The notes: a model not told the origin generated them from the letters alone. A stretch of 64,000 nt of DNA from Deltaproteobacteria bacterium (GCA_018399745.1 JAGYNZ010000001.1:37948-101947), one strand, 5' to 3'; shown: positions 10,033 through 20,968, counted from the stretch's first letter. Numbers and translations are program-made.

Positions 10033-11250
10033 TTAACTGTTGCCAGTTGAATCTTTCGGTACGACTGATCCTTCTTCATATGTGAAATTTTCAACCGATA
10101 TCTGGTTCACAGACTGATAAACCTTACTTAAAGGGACATTAAACCGGCGTGCCACCTCTTTGCATGCCTCATACTCAGGAGAAATTATGGACTGCCCATC
10201 AGGCCTTGTGATCAATTTGGCTCGCACATTTCCCCAATTAGTTGGAACCATGCCATTGCTTCTAGGCAAAATGTACCGAAAGCACCTGTTCAGACGTACG
10301 CCTGAAGTAGTAGATTCCTCAAAGAGGATCTTACTGAGATTATATTCATGACCAGGTTTTGCTAAGACTGTAATTTCAATACCTGGACGATTTTTTTTCA
10401 TATGTATTGGACACATTACAACGTCCAGGGCACCTGCAGCAAATAAGCATTCTATAAGATATTCATACCACTCAGGGTTCATATCATCTATATAGCTCTT
10501 TAATTCTACTACAACCCGTCTCTTTTCCGATGTCTGGGCTTCACCGAGCCAGATACGAAGGAGGTTGGGCCATTGGAGAAGATCCCCTGAACCAGCGCCG
10601 TATCCGATTTTTTCCACTTTCATCTCGGGAAAGGTGCTGAAATGATCTGTCAGAACCTTTATCAAGGCACTTCCAGTTGGTGTAACAAGTTCCCATTCTC
10701 CATCTACTCCATAAGTAGGCACATTTTTTAGCAAATCAGCACAGGCAGGAGCAGGCAGAGGCAGTCTGCCGTGTTCACAATTTATCCATCCTCTGGTTAC
10801 AGGAATAGGAGAACAGTAAATCTTTCCAACAGAAAAATAGTTTAAACCGCTAATGGTCCCCAGAATATCCACCAATGTATCTGCAGCTCCGATTTCATGA
10901 AAATGGACCTCTTCCAATGAACAGCCGTGTACCTTGGCCTCTGCATGCGCAAGGCTATAAAACACCTTTAGCGAAGGTCGAATTATTTCAGGTCGCAAAT
11001 CAGATCTTTCAAGAATTGCTTCCACGTCATGAAGATTCCTGAATGGCTGTAGACCAGATGTGGAGACCCTGACTTGAATACCCTTTATCCCTTTCCTTTT
11101 CGTTTCCTGGATCTCAACTGATGTATTCTTAAGACCCAATCTCTCTGGTAGAGATATTAATTCCTCCTCAGGCCATCCTGCATCAATAAGCGCCCCTAAA
11201 AACATATCTCCGCTGATCCCGGAAAAACAATCAAGGAAGGCTTGCCTCAT
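10033..11250 (-). CDS. larC: Nickel pincer cofactor biosynthesis protein LarC
   Basis: DCFSGISGDMFLGAL, VHFHEIGAAD, HGRLPLPAPA, IGYGAG and MKKNRPG motifs. Confidence 0.9.
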   Translation of the reverse strand: MRQAFLDCFSGISGDMFLGALIDAGWPEEELISLPERLGLKNTSVEIQETKRKGIKGIQVRVSTSGLQPFRNLHDVEAILERSDLRPEIIRPSLKVFYSLAHAEAKVHGCSLEEVHFHEIGAADTLVDILGTISGLNYFSVGKIYCSPIPVTRGWINCEHGRLPLPAPACADLLKNVPTYGVDGEWELVTPTGSALIKVLTDHFSTFPEMKVEKIGYGAGSGDLLQWPNLLRIWLGEAQTSEKRRVVVELKSYIDDMNPEWYEYLIECLFAAGALDVVMCPIHMKKNRPGIEITVLAKPGHEYNLSKILFEESTTSGVRLNRCFRYILPRSNGMVPTNWGNVRAKLITRPDGQSIISPEYEACKEVARRFNVPLSKVYQSVNQISVENFTYEEGSVVPKDSTGNS

Positions 11251-11270
11251 TTATGTTACTCCTTAAGGTT

Positions 11271-11560
11271 CTATATCTTCAAATACCAAAGGCCTAAACT
11301 GATTAAACCGAAAAAAGCAATTGCAGATTTTATCGTAATACGAAATATGGAATAAGCAAAACCTGTCCATTTCTCAAACAGATAGCGCCGGATAAAACTC
11401 TTTGCCTCTGCGGAAAAAGGAAATATTAGGAGATGAAGGACCTGCGGTTAAGATAAAGGAGAAAGGCGCCAAATTACCCTGAGAAAGAACATATTCTCGT
11501 ACGGATTCTCTATTATTAAAATGCATCTAACAGACCAAACCGGCTGGAACATGGCTCATA
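11271..11560 (-). pseudogene. Eroded TVP38/TMEM64 (DedA/SNARE-associated family) membrane-protein gene remnant
   Basis: Manual translation gives NRESVREYVLSQGNLAPFSFIL, a frameshift, then QVLHLLIFPFSAEAKSFIRRYLFEKWTGFAYSIFRITIKSAIAF. This matches the family pattern as I recall it (QILQVVIAPIPGEATGFIGGYLFG.W.GFLYSTIGLTLGS.LAF). In-frame TAG at 11529-11527; 5' boundary approximate. Confidence 0.6.
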
Positions 11561-11648
11561 ACTCTAAATCCATCATAACTGAGGGATAAAAATCAAAATA
11601 AGAATAACAAACTCCTGGAACTTGAGCTATAAACACAATGAACTATAT

Positions 11649-13274
11649 TCACCTTTCCTTTTGACACTTTTGAACAATTGTATCTCTCCGCCAGTTCCAG
11701 TCATCTTTGTAAGGATAGTCTATTGTGTAGTGCCCCCCGCGGCTCTCCTTTCGCTTGCTGGCTGAGATAATGATAAGCTCCGCAACCTGTGCAAGATTCC
11801 TCAGTTCTATAAAATCCCTGGTTAGGATATATTCCCAGTAATGCTGCTGGATCTCTTTAAGAATAGGCGAAAGGCTCTGTCTGGCCAATTTAAGTCTTTT
11901 TGTGCTACGGACAATGCCGACATAGTTCCACATGAGACGTCTAATTACATCCCAATTGTGAGATACAAGAATAGCCTCCTTTAAATCCACAGCTCCCCGG
12001 GTTTCCCAGGGAGGCACCGGGGGAAATAATTTCTTCTTCAAATCAGAAAACACCTCACTGATTTTGAGAAAAGCCCGGTGAGACATTACCAGAGCTTCAA
12101 GAAGGGAGTTTGACGCAAGACGATTAGCACCATGCAGACCGGTACATGCAGCCTCTCCTGATGCGAAAAGACCTCCAAGATCTGTTTCCCCATAGCTGTC
12201 GGTAACCACCCCTCCACACATGTAATGAGCCGCCGGCACAACCGGTATCGGCTCTTTTGTAATATCGATACCAAAGCCTAGACAAGTCTCATAGATATTT
12301 GGAAACCGCTCTCGAACGAAATCAGCAGAACGATAACTAATGTCCAGATATACACAATCCTTTCCACTATTCTTTAATTCAGTATCTATTGCCCTGGCGA
12401 CTATATCTCTTCCCGAAAGTTCCTTCTGTTTAGCATCATATTTTTCCATAAAGGGCCTGTATTCAGGGTCCAACAGCCTAGCGCCCTCTCCTCTAAGAGC
12501 TTCTGATATAAGAAAGTTTTTTGCCTTGGGATGATAAAGACACGTGGGGTGAAACTGCACAAATTCCAGATTGGCGATTCTGGCTCCGGCACGGTATGCT
12601 GCAGCTACGCCATCACCTGTGGCCACATCAGGATTACTGGTATATAGATAAACCTTGCCGGATCCACCCGTGGCAAGCACTGTAATTGGGGCGAGAAAAG
12701 TGTGAATCTCACCTGTTGCTACTTCCAGCAAATAAGCCCCCAGACAACGTTCCTTTTTTATGCTGCTGGGTGAATATGACTTGATCATGCTTTCAATAAT
12801 AAGGTCAACTGCAACATAGTCTTCAAAGACCTTAACAGAAGGCAGGCTGCCGACGCTATCCATCAACACCTTCTGAACAGATCGCCCGGTATAATCTCCA
12901 ACATGCACTATACGGCGCCTGGAGTGTTCACCTTCCTTTCCCAGATCCAGCATGTCAGAATTCGGTTCCCTATTAAATTCCAATCCAAGCCTTTCTAATT
13001 CCCTTATATGATCAGGGGCTTGGCTGACTATCATCTCTACTATATCTTCATGACACAGACCATCACCTGCGCGCTGAGTATCCTGTTGGTGCAGGTCAAA
13101 ATTATCATCACTGCCGAAAACACAGGCTATTCCTCCCTGGGCCAAACTCGTAGCTGTATCGGATGCGGCCTTTTTTGTAACTACCGTTACATGGCCCAGC
13201 GGGGCAAGTTTTATTGCGAGACACAGCCCAGCTATGCCGCTCCCTATAATCAAAAAATCAGTTTTGAACTGCAT
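11649..13274 (-). CDS. nadB: L-aspartate oxidase
   Basis: IGSGIAGL FAD motif, AQGGIA, EGEHSRRRIVH, QFHPT, HYMCGG, GLHGANRLASNSLLE and ESRGGH motifs. Confidence 0.95.
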   Translation of the reverse strand: MQFKTDFLIIGSGIAGLCLAIKLAPLGHVTVVTKKAASDTATSLAQGGIACVFGSDDNFDLHQQDTQRAGDGLCHEDIVEMIVSQAPDHIRELERLGLEFNREPNSDMLDLGKEGEHSRRRIVHVGDYTGRSVQKVLMDSVGSLPSVKVFEDYVAVDLIIESMIKSYSPSSIKKERCLGAYLLEVATGEIHTFLAPITVLATGGSGKVYLYTSNPDVATGDGVAAAYRAGARIANLEFVQFHPTCLYHPKAKNFLISEALRGEGARLLDPEYRPFMEKYDAKQKELSGRDIVARAIDTELKNSGKDCVYLDISYRSADFVRERFPNIYETCLGFGIDITKEPIPVVPAAHYMCGGVVTDSYGETDLGGLFASGEAACTGLHGANRLASNSLLEALVMSHRAFLKISEVFSDLKKKLFPPVPPWETRGAVDLKEAILVSHNWDVIRRLMWNYVGIVRSTKRLKLARQSLSPILKEIQQHYWEYILTRDFIELRNLAQVAELIIISASKRKESRGGHYTIDYPYKDDWNWRRDTIVQKCQKER

Positions 13275-13848
13275 ATAGACAGATCCTTTGGTTTTCTATA
13301 TCAATGGAACCTCTGAAGACCCAAAGACTGCTGAAAATCGCCTGACAAATTTTTGAGGAAAAAGCCAATATGATACTTCAACATTATTCAGGGGTCATGG
13401 CCCTTGATTCAATGGGAAACATGAAATATTATCTTAGTCCTCAAAGATAGTTTAGACCATTATTTCAATCTTACAGGTGTTGGGCAGTGCATTACAGCAG
13501 ATCTGCAATAAAGTTACGACTCCTGAAGATATAATGTAGGTCTACGATACAACAGTTTATGGGAGACCGCCATGTTAACTGCCTAAATAAACCCACAGTA
13601 TACGGTGTCTGACAAATTGTTCCAAAGGGAGATTTTCAATTTTCTCGAGGGACTACACGCGAACAAAATACCATTTTGAGGTATCCAGCCCAACCATAAA
13701 ACGAGGCTCTTTAACCGGAATAGTAGCTAAAAAAAACTAAATTTTTAGTAGTTCCATCCCATCTATTAATATTAGCCATGCCCAAGGCACACATCAGAAC
13801 TTTACAACTTTAGCGCTTTTACTTAAAACCCGATTTAAAAGATACCAA

Positions 13849-15282
13849 TCAATCCCCTGCCTTATAAAAGGCAGCAAACGCTTTATATGTCATCAACAGA
13901 TCAGTCTTATGTGCAATCTCAAACGGGGAGTGCATATTAAGCAAAGGAGGTCCTACGTCGACAATGTCTAGACCTCGCTGGGCTAGGTATTTGGCTACGG
14001 TACCTCCTCCGCCTTCGTCAACTTTTCCTAGCTCTCCCGCTTGCCAAACGACCTTTTCCTCGTTCCAGACACGCCTCAACCAGTTAACATATTCAGCATG
14101 AGCATCATTTGCTGAATACTTTCCCCCTGAACCAGTATATTTCGTCAAGCAGACCCCGTGCCCGATCAGCGCATCATTATGTTCTTCATGGACTTCTTTA
14201 TAATCAGGATCCATGCCCGCCGTAACATCTGCCGAAATGGCCTTGGACGCAATAAGCATTCGTACGAGGCTATCTGCCTCGATTTGAAGCCCGCCGTTTC
14301 GCATGAGATCATACAATACCGCCTCAAAAAAACTGGATTTGGCCCCTGTATTTCCGTCACTACCTATCTCCTCCTTGTCCAGAAACAGAGCAACTGAAGT
14401 AATTTGGGGTTCCTCAAGTTCAAGAATGGAACAAAGAGAGGCATATGCACAAGATCTATCATCCTGCCCGTAGGCACCTATAAAGGCCCCGTCAAGGCCG
14501 ACATCCCTTGGATCACCTGCAGGAACAATTTCAAATTCCGCACTTATTAGATCCTCTTCCACTAGGCCGTATCTTTCGTTCAGAATCCTCAAAATGCGTA
14601 ATTTTACGCCATCCTTAAGGTCCTCAGGACCTAAAAGAGGTAAACCCCCTATCAACACATTAAGCTTCTCTGCAGGGATGGCCTCTGAAATCTTTTTCTC
14701 ACCCTGCACCTTGCGGGAGAGATGTGGCAAAAGATCATTTATTATAAGCACAGGATCATCAGGATTTTCACCAAGCTCAACATGAATTACTTTTCCGTCC
14801 CCTTTCAGTGCCAACCCATGGATAGCGAGAGGGCGGGCTACCCAGTGAAATTTCTTGATCCCTCCGTAATAATGCGTCTTCAAAAAGGCCATTTCCAGAT
14901 CTTCATAGATGGGATTTTGCTTCAGGTCCAAACGGGGTGCGTCTATATGTGAAGCAATAATCCTGACACCATTACTGACAGGTGCCTTTCCTGTTACAGC
15001 CAGAGCAACTGCCTTTCCTCTGAAGTTCCATAAAATCCGACTGGAACCGGGGCCGGCCTGTTCAACCGGCACAAAACCCTTCTCCTGCGCCATGTTTACA
15101 ATAATGTTAACAGACTCTCGTTCGGTCTTTGCCTTACCTATAAAGTCTTTATACCTGTCTGCATACAAAAAAGCCCTTTTCCGGTCTTTGGCCGTAAGCT
15201 GGGGCCAAACAGGCCTCCGGCTGCGACACAGGCCCTTTTCAAGGCGTTTACAATCGGTTTTAGAAAAACGCTTTTCATTCAT
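13849..15282 (-). CDS. M18-family aminopeptidase
   Basis: SHIDAPRLD, YYGGIKK, GQDDRSC, DKEEIGS and NMHSPFE motifs; ATGA overlap with the upstream gene. Confidence 0.9.
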   Translation of the reverse strand: MNEKRFSKTDCKRLEKGLCRSRRPVWPQLTAKDRKRAFLYADRYKDFIGKAKTERESVNIIVNMAQEKGFVPVEQAGPGSSRILWNFRGKAVALAVTGKAPVSNGVRIIASHIDAPRLDLKQNPIYEDLEMAFLKTHYYGGIKKFHWVARPLAIHGLALKGDGKVIHVELGENPDDPVLIINDLLPHLSRKVQGEKKISEAIPAEKLNVLIGGLPLLGPEDLKDGVKLRILRILNERYGLVEEDLISAEFEIVPAGDPRDVGLDGAFIGAYGQDDRSCAYASLCSILELEEPQITSVALFLDKEEIGSDGNTGAKSSFFEAVLYDLMRNGGLQIEADSLVRMLIASKAISADVTAGMDPDYKEVHEEHNDALIGHGVCLTKYTGSGGKYSANDAHAEYVNWLRRVWNEEKVVWQAGELGKVDEGGGGTVAKYLAQRGLDIVDVGPPLLNMHSPFEIAHKTDLLMTYKAFAAFYKAGD

Positions 15283-17201
15283 TTTCTTTTCCTCATTCTG
15301 GGCCTAAAAGGTACGACCTTGTCTTTTTTTGAACAGGCTCTTTCTTTTTCTTTGGATTTTACTATAGGTAAAAGCGGTCGTACCCTATCACACTTCACAC
15401 CGCCCTTTTTACAGATATCAAAAATTCCTTCGATCTGGCTGTTTGATGCCGACATTATAGCCACAAAGGCTCTTTGAATTCCATATCTTTTAGCAATTTC
15501 CGGTATGTCTTCCCTGGCCCCCAAGACCTTGATACCATGTATTATCTGGCTTTTTTTCGCTGGATCGTCATCAATAAAACCCACGGGCAAATAATCATGA
15601 TTTGAATTGTGCCTGAGCTCCCTCAGAAACAGATCACCGCCATCTCCTGCCCCAACTATTAGTATGGGTATTGAATTACTACGTTCAGCCTGCAGGCTGA
15701 AATATTCCTTAAATAATCGCATAAGTAAACGGACGCCACCTATCATTACCAAGGTCAACAGGGCATCATTCAGGAAAAGAACCCTGGAATAACCCTCAAA
15801 ACGGTAAATATATAAAAGCGATCCAACAATAATTAAGGAACTAACCACAACTGCCTTAAAAATCTGCCACATATCTCCAATACTCACATAGCGCCATTGA
15901 CCTTTATACAGCCCAAAGATCCAGAAAAAACATAGCTTTATAGGTATGAGCAAAGGAAGAGATTTTTCTATAAGTTGTTGATTCCACAAATTAATAACAC
16001 CATCGTATCGAAGAAGATAAGAAGTCAGATAGGCGATTGTTATAAGCACAGTGTCTACCGCTGCCTGGAGAATCTGCTTCTTGTTAAGTATTTGGGATAA
16101 AAGTGAGGAGCCTCGAAATTTGGTATATGAATTCCCTGCCTTGCTATTATAGACAGTGCCATTCAAGTGTGTAAGAAATGTCCCGAAAAATAAAGAAATT
16201 ACCGCTATCACACTCAACATAACCAAAAGACCCTGGGCACTCTGGTATGATAGATATAATGCCAAGGCCGATATACTTCCAGCCCACGCCATTAGGGTTA
16301 ACACAGTCCTTTTTTCTGAATATCCCAGCAAAACCATGCGATGCGAGGTATGATCACGTCCCCCTTTAGAAATAGGTCGTCCGGTCTGGACCCTGGTAAA
16401 GGATACAAGTGCGGTGTCAAAGAGTGGTATGATCAGAACGGCTACAGGGACCACCAGTACCAGTACCAAACTAGTAACTCCAGTGTAAACTCCGGATGCC
16501 GTACTAGATAGCCCCGACGTCCAAGTACCTGTTACGGTCAAACCTGCCAGAAGAAAGCCCAAGAAGAGACTTCCGCAATCTCCCATAAATATTTTAGCGG
16601 GATTAAAGTTGTATATCCAGAATCCAGCCGTAGCACCTGCAAGGAGAATAGCCGGCAGACCTAATATAATAGGACCTCCGAGTTGGCTATAAACCCAAAG
16701 CGAACAGGCAGCTATAAACGAAATGCCGGCCGCCAGACCATCCATGTTGTCAAGAATATTGACTGCATTTGTAATAGCTACGAACCAAAAAAGTGTTAGA
16801 ATTATAGATGCGGCCGGATGCCCAAGTCCTTGTATTCTGACTCCACCGGCAACAATCAGAGCAGATATGATTAATTGCGCTATAAATTTGCTTTGAGGCG
16901 ATAAATCGTGGATATCATCAATCAACCCCAACAAAAACATGGCACTTGCTCCGAGAATCAAGATAAGCATGGGAAATGGAATTTCCCCTAAAAACAAATT
17001 GGGAAGCATAAAAGAAAAAAATAACGCAATACCTCCCAAAAGGGCGGTTGGACGCCTATGCCAGCGGTCCTCTCTGGGCTGAGCCACAAAACCAATGCGT
17101 TTTGAAAACCATATCACGCATGGAATAAGGAACGCACTGAGCCCGAAGGAGTAAAGAAAAAAAAGGCCTGCATCAAGAAGGGTAATCGACATGGAATACA
17201 A
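15279..17201 (-). CDS. MraY/WecA-type polyprenyl-phosphate sugar-1-phosphate transferase fused to a CapD/WcaJ-type membrane plus CoA-binding-like (Rossmann) domain
   Basis: GLIDDIHDLSP, NAVNILDNMDGL, FMGDCG and DHTSHR motifs in the N-terminal half; about 4 TM helices then LIVGAGDGG...VGFIDDDPAK in the C-terminal half. Confidence 0.85.
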   Translation of the reverse strand: MYSMSITLLDAGLFFLYSFGLSAFLIPCVIWFSKRIGFVAQPREDRWHRRPTALLGGIALFFSFMLPNLFLGEIPFPMLILILGASAMFLLGLIDDIHDLSPQSKFIAQLIISALIVAGGVRIQGLGHPAASIILTLFWFVAITNAVNILDNMDGLAAGISFIAACSLWVYSQLGGPIILGLPAILLAGATAGFWIYNFNPAKIFMGDCGSLFLGFLLAGLTVTGTWTSGLSSTASGVYTGVTSLVLVLVVPVAVLIIPLFDTALVSFTRVQTGRPISKGGRDHTSHRMVLLGYSEKRTVLTLMAWAGSISALALYLSYQSAQGLLVMLSVIAVISLFFGTFLTHLNGTVYNSKAGNSYTKFRGSSLLSQILNKKQILQAAVDTVLITIAYLTSYLLRYDGVINLWNQQLIEKSLPLLIPIKLCFFWIFGLYKGQWRYVSIGDMWQIFKAVVVSSLIIVGSLLYIYRFEGYSRVLFLNDALLTLVMIGGVRLLMRLFKEYFSLQAERSNSIPILIVGAGDGGDLFLRELRHNSNHDYLPVGFIDDDPAKKSQIIHGIKVLGAREDIPEIAKRYGIQRAFVAIMSASNSQIEGIFDICKKGGVKCDRVRPLLPIVKSKEKERACSKKDKVVPFRPRMRKRK

Positions 17202-17421
17202 TTATTATATTAATTTCGTATTTTTTGGATAAATGTCTTTAAGTTAATTGGGGTTAAAGTATCGCTACGTACTATCTATTCAGAACTTGATCGAAAACCC
17301 TGTTTTACGATTAAATATTTGAATCAATTACAATAACATATAGTTTTTAAGAAATTTGATTATGGCCATTTTTATTAATCACGCTGAAAGCATACAACAC
17401 AATTTTAGGCACTCAGTCATT

Positions 17422-18393
17422 CTAAATAATCGAACGAAAATATTCTGTGGTCTTTTCAAGAATCGTATCAAAAGGAGTTTGTGGCACAAAATCTATTAAG
17501 TTATTGAGTTTTTCAGATGAAGGGACCCTGCGCATCATGTCTTCAAAGTCTTTGCCGTAGACTTTTTCATAAGGGATATAGATTATTTCCGACTTACTCC
17601 CAACAAGAGACTTAATACGCTTGGCAAGCTCTGATATAGAAATCTCCTCTGTGCCTCCTATATTTATTACCTCACCATATGCCTCTTCACACTCCATAAG
17701 CCTGCATATGGACTCTACTACATCTGCAACATAAGTAAATGTCCGAGTCTGTTGGCCATCACCATAAACTGTAATAGGTTCATCCCTCAGGGCTTGCTGA
17801 ATTAACCTAGGTACCACCATTCCATAGAGACCTGTCTGCCTGGGTCCTATTGTATTAAAGCAACGAAATACAGCTACGCTTAGCTTTTTGGTACGATGAT
17901 ATGCAAGCGCAGCAAACTCATCTATAAGCTTCGAGGCCGCATAGCTCCATCGCATGGTAGTAGGAGGACCATAAATTAAATTATCATCCTCTTTCAGAGG
18001 GGCGTGCATGTGTTTCCCATAGACTTCTGAACTTGACGCTATCAGTATTTTTTTCTTGTGCTTGTTAGCAAGATTAAGAACAATTTCAGTCCCGCAGATA
18101 TTAGTTTCGATAGAGGAAAGTGGATTTTCTACGACATATTTGACACCTACAGCAGCAGCAAGATGGACAATCACTTCACACCGTTGAACAAGACTATCCA
18201 TCCTCTCCTTGTTCAGGATAGTGTCATTTATATATTGAAACCTTGAATTGCTTAGCAAATGGATTATATTTTCAAAAAAACCGGTGGAAAGATCATCTAT
18301 AGCTGAAACATATTCTCCTCTGGAAACAAGGTGATCACATAAATGAGATCCGATAAAACCGGCTCCGCCGGTCACTAAAATATTCATTTGCAT
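17422..18393 (-). CDS. NAD-dependent nucleotide-sugar epimerase/dehydratase (extended SDR)
   Basis: TGGAGFIGSHL, HLAAAVG, SSSEVYG and YAASK (YxxxK) motifs. Confidence 0.92.
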   Translation of the reverse strand: MQMNILVTGGAGFIGSHLCDHLVSRGEYVSAIDDLSTGFFENIIHLLSNSRFQYINDTILNKERMDSLVQRCEVIVHLAAAVGVKYVVENPLSSIETNICGTEIVLNLANKHKKKILIASSSEVYGKHMHAPLKEDDNLIYGPPTTMRWSYAASKLIDEFAALAYHRTKKLSVAVFRCFNTIGPRQTGLYGMVVPRLIQQALRDEPITVYGDGQQTRTFTYVADVVESICRLMECEEAYGEVINIGGTEEISISELAKRIKSLVGSKSEIIYIPYEKVYGKDFEDMMRRVPSSEKLNNLIDFVPQTPFDTILEKTTEYFRSII

Positions 18394-18466
18394 ATATCTC
18401 CGAGTACTGGTTTTACCTTTTTATCTATAATGTTTAAAAAAATCAAGGAATAACAGGAGAAAAATC

Positions 18467-20968
18467 CTAATCGGAACAGAATACTCCCTCCCAGGATTCA
18501 AGGGCCATAACATCAAGCTTTTGCCACATCCAAACGTCCAAAGCGGCAGCTTCTTCCAAAACAGTTCTTGCTTCATTATTATCCTTTCCGTAATAAGGAA
18601 ATAATCGGAGCTGTTTTATTTTGCAGCAAGTCCTGTACATTAATTTTTGTGCAGAATCTGCCCTACCCCTGCTCTCATAGATCCGTGCCAGACGTTCATA
18701 GCCGGGCCAGTATGTATCGTGTCTCTTCAAGAATGTACGCCACATCATAATCGCTTCGGAAAAATTTTTGAAATGTTCGTAGGACAAAGCAAGCAGTAAG
18801 GGACATGCTTCACCTTCCATTTCACAGAATGGAGAACTAAGAATCTCCTTGGGCGGCAACAAATTCTCGCTGCATACAAATCCATCCAAGTAGGCTCCAG
18901 GAGCCTGAATCACCCTCCCATTTGTTACAAATATTGGAACAAACTTTTCATTATCGCCATTGAGTGAAAGGTCTATGAACCCGATTCCTGTTATTATTTC
19001 TAAACCTCGTGCCTCTGCATCAGCCTCATGTCCCAAGCCATAGGCCTCAAAATTGAACCATCTGCCTCTATGTGCTTCTAAATGATTCGGTGCTTCTTGA
19101 ATTATTTTTCCATAAATATCGAGTGCTTCTTCATATCTTCCTGACAAGCCGTGGGCATATGCCTCGCACAGCCGTCTCTTTTCTTCTCCCCACTGCCAAT
19201 TATTGTCTACATGGATTGAAAAAAGCGATTCAATCGCTAATTCCGCCCTAGCCATGTTAAGAAGCAGATAGACCCGCTTTAATTTAAGCCTCGCCGAAGA
19301 AGGATAAACAGATAGGGCATCTTCAAGCAAAGCAACCGCATCTTCCCACATATTCCTCTCAAGATATCGATTGAACATCATGTCAACAGACCAAAGGGAC
19401 CTACTCTCAGACCAACAAAACCTTAACACCCTTTCAGCTATATCCTGTCGACCGAGACCCACAAGCAGTTTGACTCCGGCCTGTAGAAGGTCTTTCCTCT
19501 TTTCAGCTTGGGCAGCCAAAGCAAGCAAGGCGTCTTCATATAAGCGAAAACCCCTCTGAGTACTGATATAACCGATCGACGTGACAAGAGAAACGTATGA
19601 TGACAATATATCATCATCCTTAAAAAATACACCCTCACTATCTAAAAGCTCTTCAACTCTTTCTGCGTCTCCATTCCCTAAATCGACATTCAGCAGGAGT
19701 TCTCTTCCCTTGATATAATTTTCCAGCTTATTGCGCATATCATCAGTAATGAGAAGGTTTGCCTGATCAAAATTTTCTATCTCTAAAAATAATTTAGCCA
19801 AATGCATAGTAATAGCTGGACCGGGTTCAAGGAATAAGAGTTGCTTATAAATGGAAATGGCTGGTGTAAGGAGCTGAAGGCACTCATACGTGCGAGCCAT
19901 AAACATCAACCCCTTTTTATTGTCTGGTTCTTCTTTCAGTAAAATTCTAAATGTATCAAGGGCCTTGAGATAATTATGCGAGGCAAAATACAAACGCCCA
20001 GCAGTTGCCAAAAGATTTTTATCAAGCACTTTTGGATGATTATGTTTCAAATCCTCGATGACTTTGATTGCTGACTGGACATCTTCTTCCATTAAATATA
20101 AGGAAACGAGCTCATTAACACCCCATATAAGATTATCTGGCTGAGCTTCTCCCTCATTATCACTGGAAAGTGCCACAAACCTCTCAAGTATTGTGGTGGA
20201 CTTATCTCGATCTCCCACAGCTAAAAGGGCCTCTGCATAGTTAGCCAAAAAGTCTGTGTCATCTTCATATTGAGGTAATAATTTTTTGAAGAGAGGTAAG
20301 GCCTTCTTTGCTTTTTTTATACGAAGAAGACCACAGGCCAGATCAAACTCAAGGTCTTTTCGGTCAGGTTCTATGGCCAAAGCCTTTATGAGATATTTTA
20401 TAGACTCATTAAACCTTTTTTGGGATTTAAGACAGCGGGCAAGACTCTCTATAATATTCACCAGGGTCAACTCTTCAGTTATATCAAACAATTCATTCTT
20501 GGCTATGTGGAAGTCTTTTCCCCTGAGACTAAGTTCTTCCACCAAATTTTTATATATGGCAATAGCTTTATCACACTGACCTGAACAACTTAGAAGTTTT
20601 GCTAAAATGAATAATGCCTGAATATCATCGGGCTTGGCCTCAACGACACGCTCAAATTCAAGTATGGCTTGACTTTCTTTATTTAACTGGATTAAAACTA
20701 AACCCAATTCCCACCTGGCTTCTACAAGACCTTGGCGATCTTTTAACAATTCTCTGTAAAGGGCTGCGGCACCATCAAGTTCATTTTTCTTCACCATCTC
20801 TCTCGCTTCATCCCAAACCAACTGCCAGGAAGGGAAAATCGCCTCATAAGTTGCCTGAATCCTTGCATTTGGTATTTTATTTTGAGAAATTTTCACAAAA
20901 TCCTGCCCATTAGCAGGCGAAGCTAAAATAATGAAATATAAAAAAAAGCCTATAAGAAGGTCCCTCAT
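18467..20968 (-). CDS. Large secreted TPR-repeat protein
   Basis: Hydrophobic signal peptide (MRDLLIGFFLYFIILASPANG) and many TPR-like helix pairs. ATG at 20968 follows AGGA; the ORF track starts at 20986. Confidence 0.82.
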   Translation of the reverse strand: MRDLLIGFFLYFIILASPANGQDFVKISQNKIPNARIQATYEAIFPSWQLVWDEAREMVKKNELDGAAALYRELLKDRQGLVEARWELGLVLIQLNKESQAILEFERVVEAKPDDIQALFILAKLLSCSGQCDKAIAIYKNLVEELSLRGKDFHIAKNELFDITEELTLVNIIESLARCLKSQKRFNESIKYLIKALAIEPDRKDLEFDLACGLLRIKKAKKALPLFKKLLPQYEDDTDFLANYAEALLAVGDRDKSTTILERFVALSSDNEGEAQPDNLIWGVNELVSLYLMEEDVQSAIKVIEDLKHNHPKVLDKNLLATAGRLYFASHNYLKALDTFRILLKEEPDNKKGLMFMARTYECLQLLTPAISIYKQLLFLEPGPAITMHLAKLFLEIENFDQANLLITDDMRNKLENYIKGRELLLNVDLGNGDAERVEELLDSEGVFFKDDDILSSYVSLVTSIGYISTQRGFRLYEDALLALAAQAEKRKDLLQAGVKLLVGLGRQDIAERVLRFCWSESRSLWSVDMMFNRYLERNMWEDAVALLEDALSVYPSSARLKLKRVYLLLNMARAELAIESLFSIHVDNNWQWGEEKRRLCEAYAHGLSGRYEEALDIYGKIIQEAPNHLEAHRGRWFNFEAYGLGHEADAEARGLEIITGIGFIDLSLNGDNEKFVPIFVTNGRVIQAPGAYLDGFVCSENLLPPKEILSSPFCEMEGEACPLLLALSYEHFKNFSEAIMMWRTFLKRHDTYWPGYERLARIYESRGRADSAQKLMYRTCCKIKQLRLFPYYGKDNNEARTVLEEAAALDVWMWQKLDVMALESWEGVFCSD

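Noticed and set aside
13275-13848. 574-bp gap with GGAG-ATG at about 13572 and stop-interrupted frames
   Set aside because: Might be another decayed gene, but I recognised no family; needs BLASTx.
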